A DNA stretch of 64,000 nucleotides, from NCBI GenBank assembly GCA_023213395.1, contig CM041465.1:218247741-218311740 (forward strand), written 5' to 3'. The position numbers were made by a program, and so were the translations under genes. The notes below the pieces were generated by a model. That model saw only the letters and a list, made by a program, of their open reading frames with translations. It ran no database searches and was not told the origin of the DNA. Below are positions 1-11,411 of this stretch, one piece after another (the first letter of the stretch is position 1; each line of letters begins with the position of its first letter). Source of the DNA: Cycas panzhihuaensis. Lineage: Eukaryota; Plantae; Cycadophyta.

Positions 1-505
1 AATTTTAAACCTTTTAATATCACTAACACATCTTATGATCTTCTCTACCATCCTTTGTTTACTAATGACTTCCCCTTAGGCTCTCATTTAGTTGATTAGG
101 CCTCATATTTTAGTTATGAAGTAATTTACTCCTTTATTATTATTCATACTATATTTTTTAAATTTATTCCTTAAGGTTTGGAGTTAGTTTTGATACAATA
201 ACTCCTTTATAGATGGTCTTCAAAGTATCTCATGCTTCCTTTTATGTAGTTATCTCACTAATCCTTTGATAGATCTGATTCTAATACATAAAAGATAAAT
301 GATAAGGCTTTGTTTTCTCACTTTTCATTCTCTTTGTAGGTCTTCTTTTGGTCTTTAGTAGCATTAGCATCACGTGCTCTATAACCTATTTCAATCAAGT
401 CCTACATATCTTTTGATAGAAAGATGGGTTTCATCCTTCAACTCTAATTTAAAAAATTAGTACCATCAAATTTTGGCACCATTACATTACCTATTATAAA
501 GGCTA
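1..505 (-). pseudogene. gag: Degenerate copia gag (N-terminal and UBN2-type regions) of element A
   Basis: Manual translation gives VMVPKFDGTNFLN*S*RMKPIFLSKDM*DLIEIGY...EVISKQRMVEKIIRCVSDIKRF, similar to B's gag (QRVVERILRCVGAVRRF); many stops. Confidence 0.8.
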
Positions 506-1843
506 TAATGAAGAAATTTCCTTAAAATAAACTACTTTAAAAAAGTAAAGTGCTTGAATGAAATATTAAAATATACTTGAACAAGGCAATAAAGACACTC
601 AGAAAAATATAAGCAAAACTTATCCCCCTTCAACTTAGAGACATGCACAAGTGTCCTAATTAGGACTTAACCTTCTCTAAAGTAAGAATTTTGTACTAAT
701 AGTGATTATAAGCTAAAGTTTTGCTAGATTTGTTCAAGAGTCAACTCAAAGGAAACTTACAAACTAGCATCAACTTTGACCATAAAAATATTACATCAAA
801 TTATTTCAAAACTACTTAAAAGATCATTCACTCAATAGAGAATCAAAATATGAACCCAACACTTTAAATAACAATTGATTCTAACTTTTATGACCATGCT
901 ATACTTTAAAAAGTATAAGGAGGTCAAAAGGGATAAATAGCACTTTAGCACATGAAATATAAAGAAAATTTTCATCAACTTTTAGTCATTAAATAAGCTA
1001 TCAAATACAGACCCAGCATAGTCATGTGACCACTAATTTTATTTGAGTGAAAATATATAACACTTTAGAGTTAGTAGATCTAAAAATGGGCCATATTAGT
1101 GACATATATCCTTGCTGAAGTAGAAACAAGTGCTTGATTTAAAATAAACACCTTGAAAAATAAATTAGACCCTTTTAAAAAATTACTCTTCTAGTTGCTT
1201 AAAACCTGAATGTAACCTACAAGCTATATGGTAAAGGGGCTATAAGTAATAAAACTCACAGAGAGATAAAACATAATTAATTTTTTTTCAAAGTATGGAT
1301 AGGATTAAGTAACCAATTTTTAGCAATGTTTTTGGCCTTAGGTAACCTATCATTATGTTGTTGCTCTATTCTTCTACTGCAAGTCCCTCTAGATGCTACT
1401 ATAAGTCCCATTAAATGTCATGCAAGCAAGAATATAATGATGTTCAATCATGCCATTATATATGACTATGCAAGCATGTAGTGCTGGATTATATATATCA
1501 AGAAAAGGATAATCATATATCTTGAATAGTAAATAGGTTACTCCTATTCTAAGTAGAGATAATAGAAAATGTATAAAAAAAATTGACTCACCTAATTAGC
1601 TACTTGTCTCATACAACTAGAGTATCATTAAGAGCCACACATATATACAAAGCATAGATACTTAACTTTAGCATGAGATATAACCCAATAAATATAAAGA
1701 ATGTAATAGTGTATGAATATAGTTAATACACAAGTGCATGAATGGGAATATAATCAATGCACAACTATGAAGAATATACATAAATTAGTCAATTTGAACA
1801 AATAACAAAGATTAATACAACATAAAATATAAAGTAAGCATAC

Positions 1844-1849
1844 TATAAA
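1844..1849 (+). promoter_or_regulatory. Candidate TATA box of the nsLTP pseudogene
   Basis: ctataaag ~75 bp upstream of the ATG at 1922; RY-like CATGCA/TGCATG motifs at ~1419 and ~1735. Confidence 0.4.
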
Positions 1850-1921
1850 GATGCACATAATAATGATTATTTTTTGGACAGTGTTAGTAAGGGTGATTAA
1901 GAACCATGGAAAGTTGAACAA

Positions 1922-2160
1922 ATGATGAAGAGTGTATTGATTCAAGTAGTTGTAGTGATCATCATCCTAATGGCCTCTATAGAAAAAGCCAATGATGTGG
2001 TTCCATGCAACCAAGTGGTGAGTGATCTCTTGGCATGTACATCTTTTATTGTCAAGATGTGTTTGATTTCAACTACTGCATGTTGTAGTGGTATTTAAAG
2101 ATTGAACTCAAACGCTAAAACTATCCTCAATGGGCAACTACTATATAGATGCATTATGGT
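1922..2160 (+). pseudogene. Non-specific lipid-transfer protein (type I nsLTP) pseudogene
   Basis: MMKSVLIQVVVVIIILMASIEKANDVVPCNQVVSDLLACTSFIVKMCLISTTACCSGI*RLNSNAKTILNGQLLYRC. Hydrophobic signal peptide, then nsLTP cysteine spacing (C-x9-C-x14-CC; YRC in place of CxC). Premature TAA at 2096-2098; C-terminal third not recognisable. Confidence 0.85.
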
Positions 2161-3048
2161 CAATAATATACAATGGCAATCAATAGAATATAAATGTAAA
2201 TATAAAGACATAAAAGGTCAACCACTAGCATCAAAGGGTACATAGAGAACTCATCTTCTTAGATTAAATTTTAACTAGCATTTACATGATAAACTTGAAC
2301 CTAAATGTGAAACGTAGATAGGAAATCAATATTTGTCAATGCCAAGCAGTCAAGGAAGGAGATACATCTATGCATACATTTAAATGGATACTAACTGGGT
2401 AGACTTCTATAAATCAACTAAGTCAACTAAAGAATCAAAGCATAATATTAATTCTTCTTCACATGTCAAATGTTGAATGAAAAAAGGAAGTGAATATTTA
2501 GATAGGTTGAAAGTGGGCTTTTAAATAATGATGTTGATGAGGGATGTAAAGATATGAATGTCATATTGAGATGTTCTTTATGTGATTTTATGTTAAGGTA
2601 CATTTTGACTAGTGATTGAAGGTCGTAAACATCACATAAAAGGTAAATGCACATAGATTATAGTTCAGAGGGTGAACATAAGGATGTGTAGACACCATAG
2701 ACATTCATAGTCATAAGTTTTAGGCACTCAAAATTTTAATGTATGGATTTTGCATATAGAACAATATGTATAAAGCACCCAACAATAGTACATATAGATG
2801 CACTGGTGTAGAGAGGTACAAATATGCATGGAGTAGAGTAGAATAGATTCACAAGCATAGAGGGATGTGAGTACACCCTAGAGAGGTACTAGATTGTGTC
2901 ATTGATTAACTTCTATAATGTACACCATAAAATAAATACATTCCACCCACATAAATATATCAAACATAAACTATGTGTTATCTAAATACATGAGACAATT
3001 AAATGATAAACTATATATATAATATAAGGCAATATATTTGTTAGGAGC

Positions 3049-3066
3049 AACCTAGCTCTAATACTA
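3049..3066 (-). other. Decayed tRNA-iMet primer-binding site of element A
   Basis: 15/18 match to the 3' end of plant initiator tRNA-Met; all mismatches are transitions. Confidence 0.7.
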
Positions 3067-3114
3067 AAACATAGAACTAGAGGACAAAAAATAGAGAGGA
3101 AGAAATGAAAGCAT

Positions 3115-3444
3115 TGATGGAGCCGGAGGAGCAGAGCAGGACATCACGACGTTCTCATCTTGAGTACAACGGTAATTTCCAATAGAGTGGCGGTGTTAAT
3201 AAACACCAGGGAGGTATTCCCAACCCTTAAATAGAGAATTGTGGAGCCGTCAGCACCATCACCCTAGTTGCACAACAATTAAGGTTAGTTTGAAAAATAT
3301 TAAAAATAAATAATGGTGATCATTACCTCACATGAGTGGTCGGTCCGGCGGTATTGAGCGGCTCAAGGTGCCCTAGGGGCCCTCAAAGGTGGCTTTGAGG
3401 GGCCCTAAGCACTCAGTGCACGTACATTGGGATTATTCCCAACA
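3115..3444 (-). repeat. 3' LTR of element B
   Basis: Direct repeat of 11077-11411; adjacent to the PPT. Confidence 0.97.
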
Positions 3445-6400
3445 TTCTCCCCCATAAGCCCAATGTGTATGACTCCTAAATCATCTCTGAACTTTTCAAA
3501 CTTGATTTTTCCCAAGGCCTTTATAAAAATATCCGCTGTTTGATCTTGATTGCTCTGATAAGTCAACTCTATCTCTTCTGCTTGTACAAGTTCCCGAATG
3601 AAGTGGTATTGAGTTTCAATATGCTTTGTTCTACCGTGGAATACTGGATTTTTTTTCATTTAAATAGCGCTCTGATTGTCACACCAAATTTTAATGGGAC
3701 CTTGCTGTTTAATTTGAAAATCCTGTAAGAGTCTTCTTAACCAGATTGATTCACAGGCTCCTAACACTGCGGCTTTATATTCTGCTTCAGCTGTGGATAA
3801 GGAAATGGTATTTTGTTTCTTTGTACTCCAAGCTACTACTGCTGATCCCATACTAAATGCATAACCAGAAGTAGATTTTCTATCATCAATATCACCAACC
3901 CAATCAATCTATATAACCGATTAATCAAACTCGGATGTAGGTTTGTAGTATAATCCAAAGTCTGAAGTCCCTTTAAGGTATCTGAGGATTCTTTTAGCAG
4001 CTTGCCAGTGAGATGTCTTTGGATCCTGCATAAATCTAGATACAACACTTACAAAATATGTTATATCAGGTCGAGTAGAGGTTAAATAAAGTAGGCTACC
4101 AATTAGTTATCTATAGTGAGTGGGATCAACTGAAGTTGAGTCATCTGTCTTAGACAGTTTAATTCCAATTTCTGCTGGTATTGACAATGGTTTACAGTTT
4201 GTCATATTAAATCTTTGTAGAAGGTCTAATATATATTTACGTTGAGAGATAAATATTCCTTGTTTATCTTGCCACACTTCCAATCCTAGGAAGTAGTGCA
4301 TAAGACCTAAGTATGTCATTTTAAATTCCTTACACATAGCTTCTTTAAATTGACTTAAAAGTTGGGAGTCATTTCCTATATAAATTAAGTCATCTACGTA
4401 AAGTCCTACGATCAATATCGAATTTCCTTTAATTTTGGTATATAGGTTTGGATCTGCTTAAGATCTTTCAAACCCTTGATCTTTAAGATATGTGTCTATA
4501 CGGGAATACCAAGCCCTAGGTGCTTGTTTTAGACCATATAACGCTTTCTTTAACTTATACACTTTGTTTTCTTCCCCCCTGACTTCAAAACCGAGGGGTT
4601 GAGAGACATAGATATCTTCTTGGATATAACCATTTAAGAAAGCACTTTTAGCATCCATTTGATAAACAAAGCCAACCCATTTGGGCGCCTAAACTTATTA
4701 TCATGCGAATCGATTCCATTCTAGCAATCGGGCAAATGTTTCAAGATATAGTATGCCTTCTGTTTGAGCATATCCTTTGGCAGCTAAACGAGCTTTATAT
4801 CTATCAATTGATCCATCAGTGTGGCACTTAGTCTTATAAACCCATTTGGTTCCAATGGCTTTCTTTCTTGGTGGTAAGTCTACAAGTTCCCAAGTGTCAT
4901 TTTTAACGATAGATTTATATTCCTCTTGCATGGCTTTTGCCAAGACTCATCTTGATTAGCCTCACCAAAGGTTTGAGGCTCATGACTTTCAAGTAACTTA
5001 CTCATTAGAGCAAAGTTAACTTTGTGTGAATGTGTAGATCTTCGATTGTTATCTAATATATTTCCTAAGTCATGGTTGCGTTGAACCCATTTGGGTAGTG
5101 GTTGTGATGGTGGTTGAGGTGATGTTGTTTCCCTAATAGTTTTGAGAGTTTCTCCACATAGGAGGCACATATTTGGATGTATTTGATGCATTAAACTTAA
5201 TGGTAATGTCCTTCTGTTGTTCGTGAGTATTTTGATAGTAGGTGTCTTCTTGAAATTTGACATCCCTACTCAGTATAAGTTTTCGGGATTTGGGATCATA
5301 AACTTTGTAAGATTTTGACGATTCACTATATCCAATAAAGATACATTTTACACTATGATCATCTAATTTGGTTCTTCTTTGGTCAGGGATGTGGGCATAG
5401 GCTAAATGCCCAAATACCTTAAGGTGACGGATACTAGGTTTATAACTTTGTCCATGCTTCTTCCGTGTCTTCCCCTAACGACTTTTGTGGAACATCGATT
5501 AAGTAAGTAGGCTCGGTATGGGTACTTGACCCAAAATTCATGGCCTAAGTTTTTATCTTTAAGCATACAACGTGCCATTTCTACGATAGTTCTGTTTGTC
5601 CTTTCGGCTACACTATTTTGCTGTGGGGTGTAGGGGTTGGTATGTTGTCGCCTAATCCCATGTTGGATACAAGAATCCTTGAAGATATTAGAGGTAAATT
5701 CTCCCCATTATCCGATCTTAAGGAGAGGATATGATATCCACTTTGTCGCTCAACGAAGGTTTTGAAGTCAACAAAGTGGTCGAAAGCATCAGATTTGTAT
5801 TTGAGAAAGAACACCCAAGTCTTTCTTGTAAAGTCATCAATAAATGTAAGGAAATATTTGGCACCGCTATGAGGGAGTGGCCATTGGGCCACAAGTATCC
5901 GTGTGAGCGAGTTGAAGAGGGGCGATGCGATGGCTAAAGTCTGGAAAACTTTCTCTATGATGTTTTCCAAGAAGGCATCCCTCACACAACTCTTTGTTAA
6001 CATCAATAGGGGGTAAGACATTAACCATATCTAATCTTTTCATAAGGGCTAAACTGGTATAATTAAGGTGACCGAAACGTCGATGCCATAGGTCACTATC
6101 CATAGTAGTTATGGTTCTAAGGGCATATGTATCTGAGGGGGTGATAGTAAGTTTAAATAAACGATCTTTAGTCATGATACCCCAACAATAGCGTCATTTT
6201 GTCATTTATCTTTAATGACACATTCGCCGTTGTCAAAAATTATTTTATAGTCTTGTCCCATCATCTGTCCTACCGATAGTAAGTTTTTCTTTAAAGCAGG
6301 GACGTATAGAACATCATTTAAATATTTATATTCACCACTATCAGTCAATAAAGCAATGTTACCTTTTCCAATTGATTCGTGAGAAGTGTTGTCTCCAAAC

Positions 6401-7672
6401 ATAATAGACCCTTTCTTATTTGTATCCAAAGTTTGAAATAATTGTTCTTTATGGGTCATGTGGGTGGAACAACCGGAATCAATGTACCAACTATCATCAT
6501 CTTCTTCTAGGGCTGAAAAACTAGATAGAAATAACCTATTGTTGATTTTAAATTTTGATGTATTTGACACATGTCCTCTAGAGGGTGGTCCATGTTTTGA
6601 AAAACACTTATCTTCAGTGTGACCATTTCTATGACAATAAGTGCAATATTGTTGATCTCTTTTTCCATAACTAAGATTTTGAGTCCTTGGTGGAGAGTGA
6701 TCAAAGTTGAGAGGTCTCCCCCTTTCCTCATAGAATTGAGTATGATTATTTCTTGGTTGGTCATGATAGTTTTGAGGTGTTCTAGAAGGTTGTGGGTTCC
6801 CATGACAATGTGGACAATAAGAATGATTTTCAACTTGTCTTCGTTGGTTAGGGTTTTTTTGAGTGTTCGAATGTCTTGGAGAATTTTCATGTTGTGGGGG
6901 TCGTCCTTGTCTATTATGAGGAGCTTGGTATCGTGGAGGATTTTGTCTAGGTTCATTTCTAGGGTTTTCATCTTTTCTCCTTAAAGGAGATGCGTTTTGT
7001 TTTGAGGTGCCATCTTGAGAGTTAGGTTGAATGTTAGCCTTTGTAGCAAAGGCATGTTCTAAAGTTTCATTGGCAGCTTGTTGCTCTTCTATGGACATGA
7101 GCATAGCAGTAAGTTGTTCTATTTTGAGGGTACTTAGGTCTTTAGATACACTAATACTAGTAGCTACCATTTCAAAGCGTCTAACAGCTCCTACACATCG
7201 AAGAATTCGTTCAACGACTCTTTGTTCGGTTAAGGTATCCCCAAGGGACCTCATTTAGTTAATTATATCTTGAATCTTGGTCATAAATTCAGTTATTGAT
7301 TCATGAGGCATCATACGTAAATTTTCGAACTTACTTCTTAAGTTTTGTAGTTTAGAGGACGCAGCCCTTTTTTATATGAGTTGTAAAGTATCCCAAGCCT
7401 CTTTGGACTTAATGGATTCACTAACTCGTGGGAAAACATTATCTTCCAATGCGCAAAAAATAAGAGCTAATGCTTCATTATCTTTTTTGATATTTTCTTT
7501 GTATGTAGCTTTTTCGATGCTCAGTTGGATTTGATCCTAAGTCATTGTAACCATTTCTCACTATATCCCACATTTCATTTGTTATGAGGATGGGCCTCAT
7601 CCTCCTACTCCAGTTAAGAAAATTATTTGGATGAAATTTAGGAATAATGATATTGGGAAAAGTAGAGGTGAT
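3405..7672 (-). pseudogene. gag-pol: Copia gag-pol polyprotein of B, broken by stops and frameshifts
   Basis: ORF track shows zinc knuckle CTYCHRNGHTEDKC, protease WYIDSGCSTHM, LWHRRFGH / FIDDFTRKTW / LRSDNG (integrase), [25 protein letters not shown] (RT), and STAEAEY / HGRTKHI (RNase H). Confidence 0.95.
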
Positions 7673-9929
7673 TTTAAATTAAAGTTGTATAAAATCTCAT
7701 AAATCCAATACCAAAATATTTCAATCTACAAAATTTCAAACAACTTAAATCAAACAAATTATTTCCAAATATATATATGGGAAGGTTTTGAAAAGTTTGA
7801 AGAAATGAAGTAGGAGGTAGAAAGGGTAGTAGGGTGTAAGTTTATGTTTCTCCGGGCAACCTTGGTTGCTATTACATCGATGGCGCACCTTACGGATGGC
7901 AAAAGCAGGCACCCTTTATCTGCACGGAGCGCTAAGCTCTATATACCTCGATGCGTGGTGCTAAGAAGGCTTTGACACCCCCAGATTGTTGGTCCACCTG
8001 GGATTTATGCCTAACGACAGATCTAGCGGTGAAAGTTCTCGAACCAAAGGCACTCACCCTCTCCAGGTCTAGTCTTGGTCTCCAAACACCATGAAATGAA
8101 AAGGTTCTGCACCTCAGCCTGCCACCGTATACACCTGATAGCTAATGGCTGTCCTCATCCAATATGAGTAGGCCAATTAGCATGTGCGGGGTGGTAACTT
8201 CAGGGGTCCTAACCGTTCCCCTTGTAAGGCTGGAAAAAAGTGTGGTTCAATTCAGAATTATCTTATTTAATGTGGAAACTAATCTATTTAGCAATGTGGT
8301 CTTGCTTAGAAAAAAAAGAAAAATTCTTTTGATAATAGAAAAAAAAATGCTCTAAGCAAGATGAAATGAAAACTTTTACAAAAAACTCTTTTGCTTTGTT
8401 TCAAAAAAAACATATAATGCCCTTTAAACAAATGTAATATTCCTTTGAAAAGAAATGCAATTTTCTTTTTATAAGTGCAAGAAGGATGATATTTTTCAAC
8501 AACTTTGATACACTTTTTAAAGTAAAACGATTAATAAGAAAGTAATGATGCTTAAAACTTTCACTTATGCAAGATTTGAAATAAATTTTTGAGAATAAAT
8601 AGTTTTCAAAAGATGCTAATTCCTCAAATGAGTAATGTAGAACTTCAATATAAAAACTTTCCTTTTTATATAAGAACAACTTTTATATATTGCCTTATAA
8701 ACAAATGTTTGTTCAAAATAATGTAAAGTGCTTGTAGAAAGATCAAGCAGAAACTTGAGTAAACAAAGAAATATGAACTAGAATTTTCTTTACAATTTTT
8801 GAAAGAAGACAAGCTTGTTAGGATGTATATATATGCTCAACTTTAACAGATTGAAAACTATATTGAATAAGGTCAGAATTGCTTAAAATTTTACCAATAT
8901 GTAGATTGATGGGGTATGAATCCAATAAAATAAACAGTTTTAAAAACGGATACCAATAAATCACGTTTTGAATAATTCAACAATATGGACCTCCTTATGA
9001 AGCCTAACAGGAGCAGGGTAGGCAAAAATTGCATAAAATGACTAATTATCCTTAGGAAAAATTAAACAAATGATCAAATATTATATATGAAGTAATCAAT
9101 ATTCTTTCAATTTGAAAATTTTAAAAAATATATTAAAAACGTGTAACAAAACAGTAGATTTAGGCCAATAGAATACCTCAACTTTAACTGATTTGAAATA
9201 TAAGTAAAATGTGTCAAAATATATAAAAAATTACATCACAATGAAGAGAAATGAGTCAGCTTCCCAACGAAATGAAATCTGATAAAAGATGCAAAAGTTA
9301 TAGTGAAAAATGTAACAAGTGTCTTTATGGAGAATGTTCAAGAAACAGGCAAAAACAACTAAATTTTTTATTTTAGCGATTAAAATATTAGTGAAAATGA
9401 ACTCAAAGAATTGAAATAAAAAATGGGTATTAAAGTCTATATGACGTAGATCACTATAGAAAAAATTCAGACACAAAATAGTTTACCAGAAATAAATGAC
9501 AGCCAGTTCTAAAACTGATTTTATTAAAAATGCAAAAAACGCTGAAATTTCGAAAGTCCAATGTTAGAAAGGTCAAAACAAGGTCAAATGGGCACCAAAT
9601 TGGTCTTATGACCAGTCAAAATCAATCTACGGAAAATTTCTGATCTATTGGCGCAGGTTTCGTCTGAAACTGATGAGTCAAAAAGAAGTTATGGCCTCAA
9701 AAGCGCCAATAACCCTATGGAAAAATAAAATTTTTAAAAAATAAAGTTTAAAAATGAAAAACACTTATTAAAAAAAGTGTCTGAAGATGGACTGCGCTGG
9801 GATTGAACCCAAGACCAGTCAAGAAACAAGGACCTCCGATGCCAGGAGGGTGAACTCGCTCGTCGGGTTAAACAGTACAGCTTAATATATATGTGCTACG
9901 CTATATATAAAACAAATATAATGCAATTA

Positions 9930-10100
9930 ATATGTCAACGCAAAAGTAATATATGCCAACGCAAATATATAACAAATATAATGTGACCAATATGCCAACG
10001 CAAAAACATGAATAAATGGCAATGCAAATATATATAATATCAAGAATGAACGGCAACGCAAATATGCCAACGCACGATTAATATGACAATGCAAAACGCG
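9930..10100. repeat. Degenerate cluster of ATATGCCAACGCAAA-like motifs in B's leader
   Basis: About 8 irregularly spaced copies of (at)atgccaacgcaaa. Confidence 0.75.
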
Positions 10101-11076
10101 AATATATAAGACGGAATACGATTAAGATCGCACATAGAAATGGCGATTTATAGTCAACGCAATGATGAAAGGCGATATTAAAGTGAGCGGAACGGATTGC
10201 GGACTGTATTCGAAACGAATTGGGCGCCGACCACGAAGGCGATTTAATGAATGCTAACGTAACGAGCAGGCATGCGGGTGTGTATAGGCGTATTAAAGTG
10301 GCGAAAATGATCACCATGTATTAAAGCATGGAAGCGGAACTTCACGGAGGATTAAAGCGCGCAGGCGGGCGTGCGGATCACGCGAGCGGAAAGCGAGATG
10401 CGGCGAGTCAAACGCGTCACGGAGACGCAGATATGCCTTTTCAGGGTGACGGAGAGCAGAAAGGAGATGCACAAAGAGGATGCACGATTTGTAGGACGAG
10501 GAATATGCATGCAAAAACGGCTCAGGATAGGTGGGGCGCAGAGGCCAGATGGAGCGAGGAATAGAGAGGCGATGGAGACGCAGAGGTCCGAAGAACAGAA
10601 GGTGATCTTAAGTTGAGAGCAAATACAAAAAAATGGACAGTGTATGGCTAATGCAACGGGCTAACGGAGACGGAAATGGGGGCCAAATCAATGCAATAAC
10701 AACGGGAGGATGCACAGAGACAAAAGTATAAAGCAAGTAATGAATAATATAATGGTAGAGATAATATATGAAAAACCAAACAATGGATTTGAGGACAGTT
10801 GATCAAAGTACAGAGTAAAATGCATATATCAAAACATTTATTTATTTATATGTTAAAAAAATAAAAGGAAACGAAGAACCTGGTTTCCGTATGGAGAGCA
10901 AACTTCCGAGCGGGAGATCTTTCTTCACAGTGGATGGAATCCAGATCCGTCTTCTCCAGCGGATAGGTGAGCTCGCCAGAATCTCAACGAGTAGTCATAT
11001 AGATATGTTTCGCTAGACGATTGAGCAACTAAAACCAGAAAATAAACAATAGCATCACCGTGGCTCTGATACCAAA

Positions 11077-11411
11077 TGATGGAGCCGGAGGAGCAGAGCA
11101 TGACATCACGACGTTCTCATCTTGAGTACAACAGCAATTTCCAATAGAGTGGCGGTGTTAATAAACACCAGGGAGGTATTCCCAACCCTTAAATAGAGAA
11201 TTCGGGGAGGCGTCGGGCGCCATCACCCTAGCTGCACAACAATTAAGGTTAGTTTGAAAAAATATTAAAAATAAATAACGTGATCATTACCTCACATGAG
11301 TGGTCGGTCCGGGCGGCTATTGAACGGCTCAAGGTGCCCTAGGGGCCCTCAAAGGTGGCTTTGAGGGGCCCTAAGCGCTCTGGTGCACGTACATTGGGAT
11401 TATTCCCAACA
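11077..11411 (-). repeat. 5' LTR of element B
   Basis: Direct repeat of 3115-3444; PBS lies 2 nt away. Confidence 0.97.

Larger units (their letters stand above)
3115..11411 (-). mobile_element. Full-length young Ty1/copia LTR retrotransposon B (8.3 kb)
   Basis: Near-identical LTRs 3115-3444 and 11077-11411 (TG...CA). TSD AGCAT at 3110-3114 and 11412-11416. PBS gctctgatacca 11063-11074, PPT ttctccccc 3445-3453. Domain order gag-PR-INT-RT-RH. Confidence 0.97.

Noticed and set aside
2340-2560. Possible plus-strand copia RT scrap (KVGFLNNDVDE)
   Set aside because: Too decayed to support by eye.
6507-7258. ORFs 6507-6971, 6619-6984 and 7031-7258
   Set aside because: Alternate-frame or antisense shadows of B's gag.
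9655-9700. ctgatgag preceded by gtttcgtc, suggesting a hammerhead ribozyme (retrozyme)
   Set aside because: No stem II followed by GAAA after CUGAUGA, and the homologous modules at ~19310 and ~61260 do not keep the core.
9791-9881. Functional tRNA gene
   Set aside because: Only the T-arm and a weak acceptor stem are present; no proper D-arm or anticodon arm.
10311-10616. Overlapping GC-rich ORFs
   Set aside because: No recognisable domain; open frames are expected in GC-rich DNA.
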